Under the pieces are notes generated by a model. The model was given only the letters and a program-made list of their open reading frames with translations, was not told where the DNA came from and made no database searches. From a virus (lineage: Duplodnaviria; Caudoviricetes), in IMG/VR virus record IMGVR_UViG_3300047545_000339, positions 37,214 to 101,213 of that record: DNA of 64,000 nt; one strand, given 5' to 3'. The translations under genes were made by a program, and so were the position numbers. This document shows, piece after piece, positions 39,503-49,488 of the stretch (within the stretch, counting starts at the first letter, position 1; each line of letters opens with the position of its first letter).

Positions 39503-40138
39503 ATGAATAAATTTTCTTTTGTTGATCGAATGAAACAAGAAACTTGGGAAGAGCACGAGGCCTCCAAGGAGAGTAGATTTGCACAAGGAATAATGTCTGG
39601 GGAGTTTGGTCAACAGGGATTTATAGAGTGGCAAAGAGCACTATATCCAATATATGTAACATTGGAAGATTTACTTAAGCAGAACAGGAAAGATCCAGTT
39701 TTACATATTTTTGATCACAGAAAACTTGATAGATCAGAAAGAATATATAATGATTTAATTTCCCTTGGAGAAGATCCAGTAAAAATTCCATCTCCATTAA
39801 AAACAATCCCACCATACATTTCTGCAATACAAAAGGCATCAGGAACTCCACAAAGATTGATGGCATATCACTATACAAGATACATGGGAGATATGAATGG
39901 TGGCCAAGTGATTGCCAGAGCAATGGAAAATGTTTGTGGTATTGACAGGTCATCATTAACCTGCTATGATTTCTCTGAACTTGGAGATACATATCATTAT
40001 AGAAAACAATATAAAACTCTTTTAGAACTATCTCCTTGGACAGAAGAAGAAAGAGAAGCATTTATTGATGAGGCAAAGATTGCTTATGCAAGAAATGCAG
40101 ACTTTTTTGAAGAACTATATCAATATCTAACTATATGA
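39503..40138 (+). CDS. Heme oxygenase (biliverdin-producing, HmuO/HO-1 family)
   Basis: Proximal His 'TWEEHEAS', 'Y..LE', distal helix 'AYHYTRYMGDMNGGQ', 'EA..AY..N..FF'; leaderless start after TATAAT. Confidence 0.88.
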   Translation: MNKFSFVDRMKQETWEEHEASKESRFAQGIMSGEFGQQGFIEWQRALYPIYVTLEDLLKQNRKDPVLHIFDHRKLDRSERIYNDLISLGEDPVKIPSPLKTIPPYISAIQKASGTPQRLMAYHYTRYMGDMNGGQVIARAMENVCGIDRSSLTCYDFSELGDTYHYRKQYKTLLELSPWTEEEREAFIDEAKIAYARNADFFEELYQYLTI

Positions 40139-40148
40139 TTGGAAACCA

Positions 40149-40346
40149 ATGAAAAACAAAGAGAGTTACACAGACGAAGATGAGCGTGCCCTGCGAGACC
40201 TTGCATCGGCATCTGAGGCTCTACGTAGGGCATCAGGAGGAAAGGCGGGAGAGTCTGCTGAAAAGAAGTATAGTGAGGCATACACAAAGTGTTATCGTAT
40301 GGGTTTAAAGCAGTATCCATCTATAGTTTGTAGGTCTACTAGGTAG
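40149..40346 (+). CDS. Hypothetical protein
   Basis: 65 aa ORF before tRNA cluster. Confidence 0.5.
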   Translation: MKNKESYTDEDERALRDLASASEALRRASGGKAGESAEKKYSEAYTKCYRMGLKQYPSIVCRSTR

Positions 40347-40354
40347 ATCTTATT

Positions 40355-40428
40355 GCGGCTGTGGTGTAGAGGTAACACGAAATCCTTCCAAGTTTTAGTC
40401 GCCAGTTCGATTCTGGTCAGCCGCTCCA
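40355..40428 (+). tRNA. tRNA-Gly(TCC)
   Basis: GCGGCTG/CAGCCGC acceptor, CT-TCC-AA loop, GTTCGATT T-loop, encoded CCA. Confidence 0.9.
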
Positions 40429-40429
40429 A

Positions 40430-40502
40430 GCCCCTGTAGCTCAGAGGATAGAGCAGAGAACTTCTAATTCTAAGGCCGCACGTTCAAATCGTGCCAGGGG
40501 CA
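40430..40502 (+). tRNA. tRNA-Arg(TCT)
   Basis: GCCCCTG/CAGGGGC acceptor, CT-TCT-AA loop, GTTCAAAT T-loop. Confidence 0.9.
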
Positions 40503-40506
40503 CTTA

Positions 40507-40587
40507 GCTGGATATGCCCCAAGGTGGGGCAGCAGACTGTAAATCTGTCGCGGTAACGCATGGTTGGTTCGATTCCAACATCCAGCA
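40507..40587 (+). tRNA. tRNA-Tyr(GTA)
   Basis: GCTGGAT/ATCCAGC acceptor, GCAGA-CT-GTA-AA-TCTGT, long variable arm. Confidence 0.88.
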
Positions 40588-40652
40588 CTTGACAATAATA
40601 TAATCTACGATATACTATACATATAGTGAAGCCTACAACTGGAGATGATAAT

Positions 40653-40889
40653 ATGGAAAACGTTCTTGTTGAAGAAATAGCAGAAGAAACTGATACACTT
40701 AATGCTCATGATCGTTGCGATAGTTGCAATTCTCAGGCATATGTTTGGGTAAATGGGGTAAGCGGAGACCTTCTTTTCTGTGGACACCATTTTGCAAAGT
40801 ATGAAGAAAAGTTACGGGCTTATGCATTTGAAATTATTGATGAACGCCACAAGCTAGAAGTAAAAAGAGAGTCTAGCGCAAACTCATAA
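40653..40889 (+). CDS. Small Cys/His protein of a common actinobacterial type
   Basis: 'L.A.DRCDSC..QAYV...LLFCGHH'. Confidence 0.65.
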   Translation: MENVLVEEIAEETDTLNAHDRCDSCNSQAYVWVNGVSGDLLFCGHHFAKYEEKLRAYAFEIIDERHKLEVKRESSANS

Positions 40890-40897
40890 AAATCTAT

Positions 40898-40971
40898 GCC
40901 TCAGTAACTCAGTTGGTCAGAGTGCGATACTTGTAATATCGAAGTCGGGGATTCGAATTCCTCCTGGGGCT
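40898..40971 (+). tRNA. tRNA-Thr(TGT)
   Basis: GCCTCAG/CTGGGGC acceptor, CGATA-CT-TGT-AA-TATCG, ATTCGAAT T-loop. Confidence 0.88.
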
Positions 40972-41000
40972 CGTTCGCAAGAGCATAAAGAAAGGTAGTT

Positions 41001-42092
41001 ATGTCAAAAGGTCGTATAGCATTCTTAACTCTAGACTGGACTAAAGGAATCCAGCCAGTAGAGCCAAACGGTTGTGCTTATTATCGATGCTATTTGCCAG
41101 GAATAGAGTTGGCAAAAAAGGATTGGAATATAGCGGTTGCTATGCCAGAATACAATAAAGATTATGGATTTGGTGCGTTTGAAAACAAAGAAAGAATTCA
41201 TTATGGCTGGGATATTGTTGTATTTAAACTAATCATGCTTAAATCTGTTAGAGATATCTTAGAGAACACCAGACCAAATCAAAAAATAGTAGTAGATGTT
41301 GATGATTTTTATGAAGGTTTGGCCGAAACTAATTTAGCGTATCAGAATACTGATCCTGAAAAGCATCCAGAAAACAATAGAGATCACTACTGGGCTATTA
41401 TTGATATGGCTGATGCCATTATCACATCGACTCAGTTTCTTTATGATTACTATACAAAGGAAAAAGGAAAGGATAATGTTTTCCTTGTTCGTAATGCTAT
41501 AGATATTGATAGATGGCACAAGAAACAAGATCATGCTAGGGGTCTTCCTAGAGTTGGGTGGGTTGGGGCACTGCCATGGAGATCTGGAGATATAGAAACT
41601 CTTAGACCATTTCTTGGAGAGTTTTTAGAAAAGAATAGGCTTGAGTTTCATCATTCTGGACATATCAAAGAACTAAATTTAGATATAACAGACTTAGCCC
41701 TTATTCCAAAAACTGTTAAGTTTACCCATGAGCCTAGAAGAATACTTAGTCAATACCCAGAGATGTTTAGAAAAATAAATATTGGACTCGTTCCTCTAAA
41801 CAATCTACCCTTTAACTATGCCAAGTCTACAATAAAAGGACTTGAGTATACCGCTGCTGGAATACCATTTATTGCCTCCTGGAGTCCAGAATATGAGCAA
41901 TTGGCAAATGAAGGTGTGGGTCGGGTTGCCAAAAATCAAGAAGAGTGGTTAAATCATCTCAATGAGCTTCTTGATCCAAGAGTTCGTAAAGAAGAGATAG
42001 AAAAGAATTATCAAATAGTTAAAGATAGACATAGCATGTTAGCCAGGTCAATAGAATGGGATCAGACCATGCAAGAAATACTTGATCAATAG
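41001..42092 (+). CDS. Glycosyltransferase (GT-B / GT4-like)
   Basis: 'VDVDD', 'AD.I.TST..L', 'RVGWVG', 'IGLVPL...FN..KS.IK.LEY.AAGIP.IAS'. Confidence 0.82.
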   Translation: MSKGRIAFLTLDWTKGIQPVEPNGCAYYRCYLPGIELAKKDWNIAVAMPEYNKDYGFGAFENKERIHYGWDIVVFKLIMLKSVRDILENTRPNQKIVVDVDDFYEGLAETNLAYQNTDPEKHPENNRDHYWAIIDMADAIITSTQFLYDYYTKEKGKDNVFLVRNAIDIDRWHKKQDHARGLPRVGWVGALPWRSGDIETLRPFLGEFLEKNRLEFHHSGHIKELNLDITDLALIPKTVKFTHEPRRILSQYPEMFRKINIGLVPLNNLPFNYAKSTIKGLEYTAAGIPFIASWSPEYEQLANEGVGRVAKNQEEWLNHLNELLDPRVRKEEIEKNYQIVKDRHSMLARSIEWDQTMQEILDQ

Positions 42093-42153
42093 CTAGTTGT
42101 ATAGTATAATTGTTTTTTTAACGTCATTCCTATACTGCAGAGAGAGAAAAAAA

Positions 42154-42693
42154 ATGAAATCACTACAAGAAGTTTATGAAAAATATTCAGATTGGACTGG
42201 GGGAGACAAGGGAACCAATCACTCATATATAGATGTTTATGAAAAAGAAATGACAGATACGAAAAATATTAGTCTCTTAGAAATAGGAGTACAGTTTGGT
42301 CATTCAATTAAAATGTGGCAAGAATATTTTGATAATTCTTGGATTGGTGGAATTGATGTTACACTTCAGTATCTTGCTTTTGAGGAATTAAGCAATGTTT
42401 ATCTTTGTGACGGAACAGATAAGAAGCAAGTAGATAAGACTTTAAAAAATAGAAAGTTTAACTATATTATTGATGATGCAAGCCACACGCTAGAAGATCA
42501 AATAGCATCCTTTGACATTTTTTATCCAAAACTTAAAGAGGGTGGAAAATATTTTATTGAAGATATTGCAAAAGATCATAACCTAAGAAAAATAAAACTA
42601 TATCTTTCTTCACAGAATATAGATTATAAAGTTTATGATTTAAGATATATTAAAAATAGGTTTGATGACATAATGATTGTTGCTACAAAATAA
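42154..42693 (+). CDS. Class I SAM-dependent methyltransferase
   Basis: 'DKGT.HSY...Y', 'LLEIGV..G.S..MW', 'IIDDASH', 'GG.Y.IED'. Confidence 0.82.
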   Translation: MKSLQEVYEKYSDWTGGDKGTNHSYIDVYEKEMTDTKNISLLEIGVQFGHSIKMWQEYFDNSWIGGIDVTLQYLAFEELSNVYLCDGTDKKQVDKTLKNRKFNYIIDDASHTLEDQIASFDIFYPKLKEGGKYFIEDIAKDHNLRKIKLYLSSQNIDYKVYDLRYIKNRFDDIMIVATK

Positions 42694-42851
42694 ATGAGAA
42701 GAAAAAAATCAAAAGAATACCTTGACTACCCAGACAACTCTGGTATACAATTAGATCATTCTTCGGGATGGTGTATGACAAACTATCATGAAGAATGCCC
42801 ACATATTTTTAGACATGGCAAATGTGGCTGTGTCTGTCATAAGGAGACAAA

Positions 42852-43166
42852 GTGAGTAAATCAAAGTACGGAAACAGTAACCTTTATATGACAACGAGAG
42901 AGTTTGCCGATCTTGTTGTTGCTGCTCTTGAAGCACAAAATTATTTTAAGAAAAATGATGTTTCTCATCCTCAAGACATTGCCTACGCCTTTACAATTGT
43001 GGGCGAAACAATTGGAACTGCCATGAGTTGGGCGATTAGCGAAGAACATAGAGGAAATAAAAAAGAGGCTGTCATGAAGATGGGGGATCTAAAAAAGTCT
43101 GATGGTATAGAAGACTATAATGAAAAAAATTGGCGTGGATTTGTTCTCGGAGATAGCGATGAATGA
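42852..43166 (+). CDS. Hypothetical protein
   Basis: AGGAG RBS, GTG start. Confidence 0.5.
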   Translation: MSKSKYGNSNLYMTTREFADLVVAALEAQNYFKKNDVSHPQDIAYAFTIVGETIGTAMSWAISEEHRGNKKEAVMKMGDLKKSDGIEDYNEKNWRGFVLGDSDE

Positions 43167-43325
43167 AGACCTAGAGTTTTATGATTGGCTTAAGATCGGT
43201 ATAGATAAGGGCTGGTGCTCAGATATTGTGTGCGATACTCATGAGGGACTTCCTATGACTGATGAAGAAATGGAAGGCTGGGAATTTGGTAATGATGACT
43301 GTATTCCTGCTATAAGGATTTGGTA

Positions 43326-43508
43326 ATGCCAACATATTCATATCAGTGTAATAGTTGTGGGGTTATGGATATTTATCAAAGCATTAACGATGAAACCCTA
43401 AAGGTATGTCCAACATGTTCTTCAAAACAATTTACTAGAAAATTTAGTACCGCTAGTATACAGTTTAAGGGTAATGGATTTTATTCTACAGATAGTAAAA
43501 GTAAGTAA
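43326..43508 (+). CDS. FmdB-family zinc-ribbon protein
   Basis: 'MPTYSYQC..C...CPTC......F.G.GFY.TD'. Confidence 0.8.
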   Translation: MPTYSYQCNSCGVMDIYQSINDETLKVCPTCSSKQFTRKFSTASIQFKGNGFYSTDSKSK

Positions 43509-43513
43509 AACAT

Positions 43514-43816
43514 ATGCTATTTGATGACCTAAATCTTTCAACCATTATTCATGAAAATGAGCTATACGTTAATGTAGAACAGCTATATAAACATCTTGCA
43601 GGATCTACACAAGAATTTTCTCACGAGGCATATGAGATGGCTCAAAAAACTGGAATAACTGAAGAAGAAAGAATATTTATTAATGGGCTAATTCAGGGAA
43701 TGTGGAGTATTGTTATGATGCTCAACCATGGTGATCAAGAGTTTAAGTTTGAATCTGTAAAAACAGTAGATGATCTAGTAGAAAAGTTCTGGAATGAGAA
43801 TAGAACAGACAACTGA
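43514..43816 (+). CDS. Hypothetical protein
   Basis: 100 aa ORF in dense rightward array. Confidence 0.5.
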   Translation: MLFDDLNLSTIIHENELYVNVEQLYKHLAGSTQEFSHEAYEMAQKTGITEEERIFINGLIQGMWSIVMMLNHGDQEFKFESVKTVDDLVEKFWNENRTDN

Positions 43817-43927
43817 GGAAAAGGCAGTTCACTTTGCATCCATTGGAATGATGGATAGGGCAAATTTTTATGCCACCCTGGTTCTTATTAATGAGATCAA
43901 GGAATTGCGAAAGGTATTAGAGAAGTA

Positions 43928-44254
43928 ATGTCATACTGTAGATTTATTGAAGCAGACGCATACATCTATGATGATGTTCGCTTTGGTTTGTATTGCATGG
44001 GATGCTCTCTTATGCCACTGAAAACTGAGTACAGTGTATTCTTTGAAGAGGATATGACTTTTCATGAATCTTTTACAGCGGGTTACGATTATGATAAGAT
44101 GCTTGCACATGTAGCAGAGCATCGTGTAGCAGGAGACTATGTCCCTGAAGATGTTGACGAACGTTTAATTTTTGAGCGTGATTGTAAACACGATTATAAT
44201 TCAGAAGGAATTTGTAAACATTGTTGGGGAAGAGAAGATAATGACAAGCGTTGA
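43928..44254 (+). CDS. Hypothetical Cys-rich protein
   Basis: 'MSYCRF', CMGC, CKHC. Confidence 0.55.
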   Translation: MSYCRFIEADAYIYDDVRFGLYCMGCSLMPLKTEYSVFFEEDMTFHESFTAGYDYDKMLAHVAEHRVAGDYVPEDVDERLIFERDCKHDYNSEGICKHCWGREDNDKR

Positions 44255-44729
44255 TGAACTGTTTGCAGAGTTAGAGAGAAGAAGGAATCGTGAAAACTCT
44301 ATCCTTGCAAAAATAGAATATGCGTATTGGGCAGTAAGAAGAGGTATGCGTGCCGTGTGGAAGTCTCCATACCGCGTCAAGTGGTGGTATCAAAGAGCAC
44401 GGTATGGATATTCTGACCGTGACTGGTGGAATGGGGACTGGTATCTTTCTGGTGTCATTGCTGGGATTATGCAAGATATTGTCAATAAGGGTCATGGTGT
44501 GGCAACATCTTACGCAGATGAAGACAATCCATTAGATACTGATATTGACGTAATGGTGGAGCGCAGAGATACGGAATGGAATAAGTACATTGCTATCTTC
44601 CGTGAGTATTCCATCAATGGACCAGCCATTAATCAAGAATGGAAAGATGAGTTTGGCGGGGTACTTGACGAGGACATGCAAGATGCACTACAATGGTTAT
44701 CCAAGCACTTCCAAGAGTTATGGGACTAA
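44241..44729 (+). CDS. Hypothetical protein
   Basis: 'QRA.YGYSD.D.W..D.YL...HF..LWD' phage motif. Confidence 0.6.
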   Translation: MTSVDELFAELERRRNRENSILAKIEYAYWAVRRGMRAVWKSPYRVKWWYQRARYGYSDRDWWNGDWYLSGVIAGIMQDIVNKGHGVATSYADEDNPLDTDIDVMVERRDTEWNKYIAIFREYSINGPAINQEWKDEFGGVLDEDMQDALQWLSKHFQELWD

Positions 44730-44730
44730 T

Positions 44731-46790
44731 ATGATTAGAGTAAGAGTTGATCTCGTACCATTTGGTAACGAGGATGAGGCCAAGGAGATTGGTCAACTTG
44801 TTCTTGCCAATGATGGTACTGGCAATGCATTCACAGGAAACTATGTGTTTGTTTATGCAGATAATAGTGGCTTAGAGTATGAGGGATCTGTAAAAGATTT
44901 TCCAAGGAAGATGGGAATTTGGGAACTTCTTGCAGAATGCCTCTCTAATTCTGTAGACGTTCATGATGAAGAACTTGCTGCTCTGCTATGGGATAGGGTG
45001 AACAATGCTAAGTGATGACTATGCTGAACTTAATCTTTACTTTGAGGACAAAGAAGATAATGAAACAGTAGATGTGTGGGTGTATACCGATCACAACGAA
45101 TTTTTCATCATCAAGGATGTGAACCATAATCCTGTTCGATACCAAGGATGGTGGAGCATTCCGTTCATTCAGTATAATCGCTATGCTACCGCTCACATCG
45201 AAGCATCTAAGGTAATGTATTTTGTAACGATAGACAATGAGGACAACACATGAAAGTTTATGATACTGCCAGTGCTATTCATCAGATTGACTGTAATGAG
45301 TGGGTTAAATTACAGGATGTTGAATCTATTATCGCCAAGGTTGTCAAGCCTAATTGTATGTGGGGTGAAGGAGAATGCGTACTTGACTGCCCATCCTGTA
45401 AAAGAATGAACGAGATGCTTGCAGAACGTGCAGCAGGGGATAGAGAAGGACAACAAGACATGCTTAATAGATGTATTGCAGCAGTAGAAGCAATAGAAAA
45501 TGATTTTAATAGCAGTGCAGAATGGGACAGAGACTATGATGTAGATCCATCAGGAAATACACGAAACCCTAGAATATGGATTAGAGAAGCAGTCTCTGCT
45601 TTGCGTAGCCTGGAGGTTGAACTATGACATACCCAGAACCATATGGACTAGAGTGCGGGGCAGGTTGGAAAGATATCATTGATCGTACCCATGAGAAACT
45701 AAAGTACATAGACCCTGAATATAAGATTGCTCAAATTAAGGAAAAGTTTGGTGGATTGAGATATTACTATAATCAATCTGTTGAATATGGAAGCCTTGCT
45801 TCAAAAATAATGGAAGACATTGTTCGTGCAGCAGAATATGAAGCGTCATATACCTGTGAACTTTGTGGAGCAAATAAGCCTAGCGACAAGGTAGAAATTC
45901 GGGTACACAAATATTGGTACTTTGGATACTGTCAGTCTTGTGCAGATAAGCATATAGCAGAGAGAGAATCAAGGTATGCAAAATATGAACTGTTGGGCGA
46001 ACTATGAATCAGCCAATTGATATGAGTCCTCCCTGGTGGGATGGAACTATTGCTATCCCATTTAGTGTAGAAGAGTGGGAAGCAATTGTTAGTGAACTTT
46101 ACATGCTATACTCCATCCCAACCTTTCCTGAGAATGACTATGATGAAATGATTATTAATATTATTAATCGTATTCAGGAAGGTATTGGCATTGAGCAAGA
46201 CGGATAAATGTTTACTCGTACAAAGAGAAAAAATGTATGACGTATACATTAATGGTAAATTTGTAGGTAAGGGACAAAGAGGGTATATCTCTACTGCTTA
46301 CTATTTTTATAAATGCGAAGGCATGGATGTGGAGATAGTATATGAGTGAGCATGATCCTTTATGCCCATCGCTGCTAGAAAAGGGGCTTCCAGATAAGTT
46401 TGGGATGATGGAAAGAGCATCTTGTCGATGTGATTTGATTAGCCGTGTTCGTGAAAGCATGAAGCCAGAATGCACCTGTGGTCAAGATAACTTAAGTTAT
46501 GTTTTTCACCTTGTACCCTGTAAACAAGGGGCTTTTCTTATGTCGCAAGACAATACAAGAAGTTCGGTATTAGATAATGATGGTTAAATGTTGGAACTGT
46601 AGTACAGATTTTGAGATTGTAAGTTCGGCGGAAAATACTAACAAACACACCGTCCAATCCATCGCTGAAGTGTTGCGAAGCAACATGTTCGATGCACAAC
46701 GCGGTGGAATGATGGTAGTTAATATGGATGACACAATAGATGAGATATCTGAAATAATTTCGGAGTATTTAAATAACTATGAATAATATT
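44731..46790 (+). other. Array of about eight small coupled hypothetical ORFs (44731-45015, 45005-45253, 45250-45627, 45624-46007, 46004-46207, 46342-46587, 46577-46786)
   Basis: Overlapping start/stop codons; 45624 ORF has 'QIKEKFGGLRYY...TCE.CG'. Confidence 0.55.
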
Positions 46791-46935
46791 ATTAATCTTA
46801 CTGACATAGTTGATGGACACAAGATGTGTTGTGTATGCTTTAACTTCATTCCTTATGATGAATTGTATGTTGATGATAAGGGACAAAAATGGGATCATTG
46901 TATTCCTTGTACACCACTTGTTTTGGGGGTAGAGC

Positions 46936-47157
46936 ATGGGTGATCTATGGTGGGCTAGTTGGGTATTGGCTGCTTTTGGGGTAGCCACCATGTTTTTTGC
47001 AGGGCAAAGAAAGTGGTGGGCATGGTGTATTGGCATCTTGACAGAAACTATGTGGATAGGGTATTCTATAGTCACTGAGCAGTATGGTTTTATTGTTGCT
47101 GCTCTCGCATATATGATCGTATATGTAAGAAACACACTGAAATGGAAGAGAACATGA
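46936..47157 (+). CDS. PnuC-like small membrane protein
   Basis: Three hydrophobic Trp-rich helices, 'QYGFI'. Confidence 0.5.
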   Translation: MGDLWWASWVLAAFGVATMFFAGQRKWWAWCIGILTETMWIGYSIVTEQYGFIVAALAYMIVYVRNTLKWKRT

Positions 47158-47936
47158 AGAAAATTGCTATTGCACTTGCATTGTTTGCATCTATGCTTGT
47201 TCCTACGAACGCATATGCAAGTGATGCTCCTGTATTGACAAGCATCTCTCCTACATCGGGAGACATTGATGGTGGTAACACTGTTACTGTAACGGGATCT
47301 GGTTTTACTGAGGAAACAAGAATTCGTATTGGTAGTGCATTTGTTGCTGATACGTTTGTAAGCAGTACGCAGATTACTGTCGTAATGCCTGCTAGTTCTG
47401 TGGGATTTGTGAACGTAGGAGCATACAATGGATCATCTGGTGCTGTGATCGTAAATGGATATCAGTATGTAGATACCCCTGATCCTGCTCCTGAGACAGT
47501 TCCTGAGCCTACTCCAACTCCCACACCAACCCCTACTCCAACACCTACCCCAGAGCCTGTGACATCGCCTGTAGCCCCTGTAGCAGCATCACAGCCTGTT
47601 GCCCAGTCTGCTCCACAGCCAAGACCTGAGCCTACTCCTACCCAAGAGGTAGTACAGGAGGTAGTGGCGGTAGAAACACAGAACTTCCCTATCTATACCT
47701 ATTCCAATAACGTTACAGTCTTTACCAATGAGACTCAGATGAACGTAGTTGTTTCTGATGTATTTCATAAGAGGTTACGATACACCCTGCAAAAGAGGGT
47801 ATTGGGATCATGGAAGACTATTAATATTGCATATAGGAATGTTGATGGAGAAGTTACATTCTATGGTATTCCACTGAGCAATGGTCAGTATCGCATTGTC
47901 AATGCATCAAAGCCCATCAAATGGTTCTCTATCTAA
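47154..47936 (+). CDS. Secreted/surface protein with IPT/TIG domain and Pro-Thr linker
   Basis: Signal peptide 'AYA'; 'P.LTSISPTSG...GGNTVTVTGSGF'; (PT)n linker. Confidence 0.75.
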   Translation: MKKIAIALALFASMLVPTNAYASDAPVLTSISPTSGDIDGGNTVTVTGSGFTEETRIRIGSAFVADTFVSSTQITVVMPASSVGFVNVGAYNGSSGAVIVNGYQYVDTPDPAPETVPEPTPTPTPTPTPTPTPEPVTSPVAPVAASQPVAQSAPQPRPEPTPTQEVVQEVVAVETQNFPIYTYSNNVTVFTNETQMNVVVSDVFHKRLRYTLQKRVLGSWKTINIAYRNVDGEVTFYGIPLSNGQYRIVNASKPIKWFSI

Positions 47937-48145
47937 ATTCGGAGGGTACAAGGTGAACCATCACTACCTATGCTATAACAACTATTCAGAAGATGAAGAA
48001 TGTGAATTGTGTTGGGTAATTACCTATGTTGTTAGGTCTATAACTCCAGAATGTAATTGTGAATATGGTGGTTCAGTACATTGGGATAGACATAGTGTTG
48101 GATGTAGATATGCTGCTTTTATGTACGCAACGAGCGGGGGTAGAC

Positions 48146-48382
48146 ATGAATAGTATCTCCATTACCTATAGTAAAGATACATTACCTTATATACAAATAA
48201 CACCCTATGGTCTTACATTGAATAGAGATTATCTTGGATATATAGATGATGATTTGCTTAAAGGGATATTGTATTCAGAAGGTTATTATGATGTCTCAGA
48301 TGAGCTTATATTGGCTATAAAGGGCTATTCTGATATAGATAACCAGGATAAAGATGTTACTATGATGTTTGCAGTGGAGTAA
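48146..48382 (+). CDS. Hypothetical protein, last gene of rightward arm
   Basis: ORF ending at the AT-rich convergence zone. Confidence 0.45.
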   Translation: MNSISITYSKDTLPYIQITPYGLTLNRDYLGYIDDDLLKGILYSEGYYDVSDELILAIKGYSDIDNQDKDVTMMFAVE

Positions 48383-48432
48383 AATGGTTTGAAATGGATG
48401 AATATGGGATATAGAGCAAAAATAAACAGCGG

Positions 48433-49336
48433 TTCGTAATGTTTTTTTTGTTCAAACACATATCAAACCATATAAACACACATATCACGCATATAAAAAA
48501 TGGGCAAAAACGTACCGTTTTCGTAATAAAAATAATTAAAACATGCAGAAAAATTCCTAAAACGGCAGGAAATTGCCGATAATAAAATTGGGGGTTTTTT
48601 ATTTGATTTCGTAATACTATTTATAAACCGTTTATATCATTTGTTTATATGTAGTACTATAGGTTATATATATCTATAGGGCCAGAACAAGATGGACTTA
48701 TTTCTACCGCTGCTTGTAATGAATATCTAATTCTTTTCTCTTGATCCTTCCAGGATCGGGTGGTATGTAAAGAACCTAATGCTATATTATTACCACTACC
48801 TATAGATGTTTCATTAAACTCTGCTACTGACCAATCTTCAGAAGATATTTCAAATAATCTTCCCTGGACACCTATAAGCCAATCGGTAGCATTATCATCT
48901 AAATGAGACGCATTACCATATTCTTCTATAGCTGACTTTAGTGATTTAACAAAAGAGGTTCGTAATGTTTTTTCTATGTTCTTTCCTATAGGTGGTAGAT
49001 CTATAAAATGAGCTAGCTCTCCTACTCCAAGACTACCCGCAAACCCTATAAGATATTCCCCACATTGTTTTATCTTTGGGCGGGTAAGGGAAAGAATAGT
49101 ATAAGAATCACTAGCCCCTCTATCCCCACCCATATATATTTTATTATCTTTAGCTATACCAACTATACAAGTCACAACTGTATTATACTCCTAAATGAAA
49201 AAATTGGCAAATATTTTTTTGATTTCGTAATGTCTTTTTTATAAAAAATTGGCGATTTTATTTTTGATTTCGTAATGTCAATCCTGGAGGTTTTTTTATT
49301 TCTTTCGTAAAGGTGATTCGTAATAGGTGTTCGTAA
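48433..49336. repeat. Iterated TTCGTAA heptamer field (9 copies) with ~37-bp tandem duplication
   Basis: TTCGTAA at 48433, 48520, 48608, 48959, 49224, 49269, 49304, 49317, 49330. Confidence 0.75.
48657..49175 (-). CDS. Ntn-hydrolase, HslV/proteasome-beta-like peptidase
   Basis: N-terminal Thr 'MTCIVG', 'GGD', 'GFAGS', 'IGSG...ALG'; leaderless after TATAAT. Confidence 0.78.
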   Translation of the reverse strand: MTCIVGIAKDNKIYMGGDRGASDSYTILSLTRPKIKQCGEYLIGFAGSLGVGELAHFIDLPPIGKNIEKTLRTSFVKSLKSAIEEYGNASHLDDNATDWLIGVQGRLFEISSEDWSVAEFNETSIGSGNNIALGSLHTTRSWKDQEKRIRYSLQAAVEISPSCSGPIDIYNL

Positions 49337-49488
49337 AGGTGCTATGATTATTTATTTTATTTTTCAAGACCGGGCCGCCCCGCTATTCAAATAAACTAGC
49401 AAGCAAAACAAGACCGCCAAAGATCAGCGGTATTGCAACCAGACCAGCAAAGAACGATGTAACAAAATCATTGCCAGATCTATCAAAT

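Noticed and set aside
692-47428. Numerous minus-strand ORFs of 60-150 aa inside the rightward arm
   Set aside because: Antisense shadows of well-supported plus-strand genes, lacking RBSs and recognisable motifs.
47500-47560. Short tandem repeat
   Set aside because: Explained by the (Pro-Thr)n linker; codons vary.
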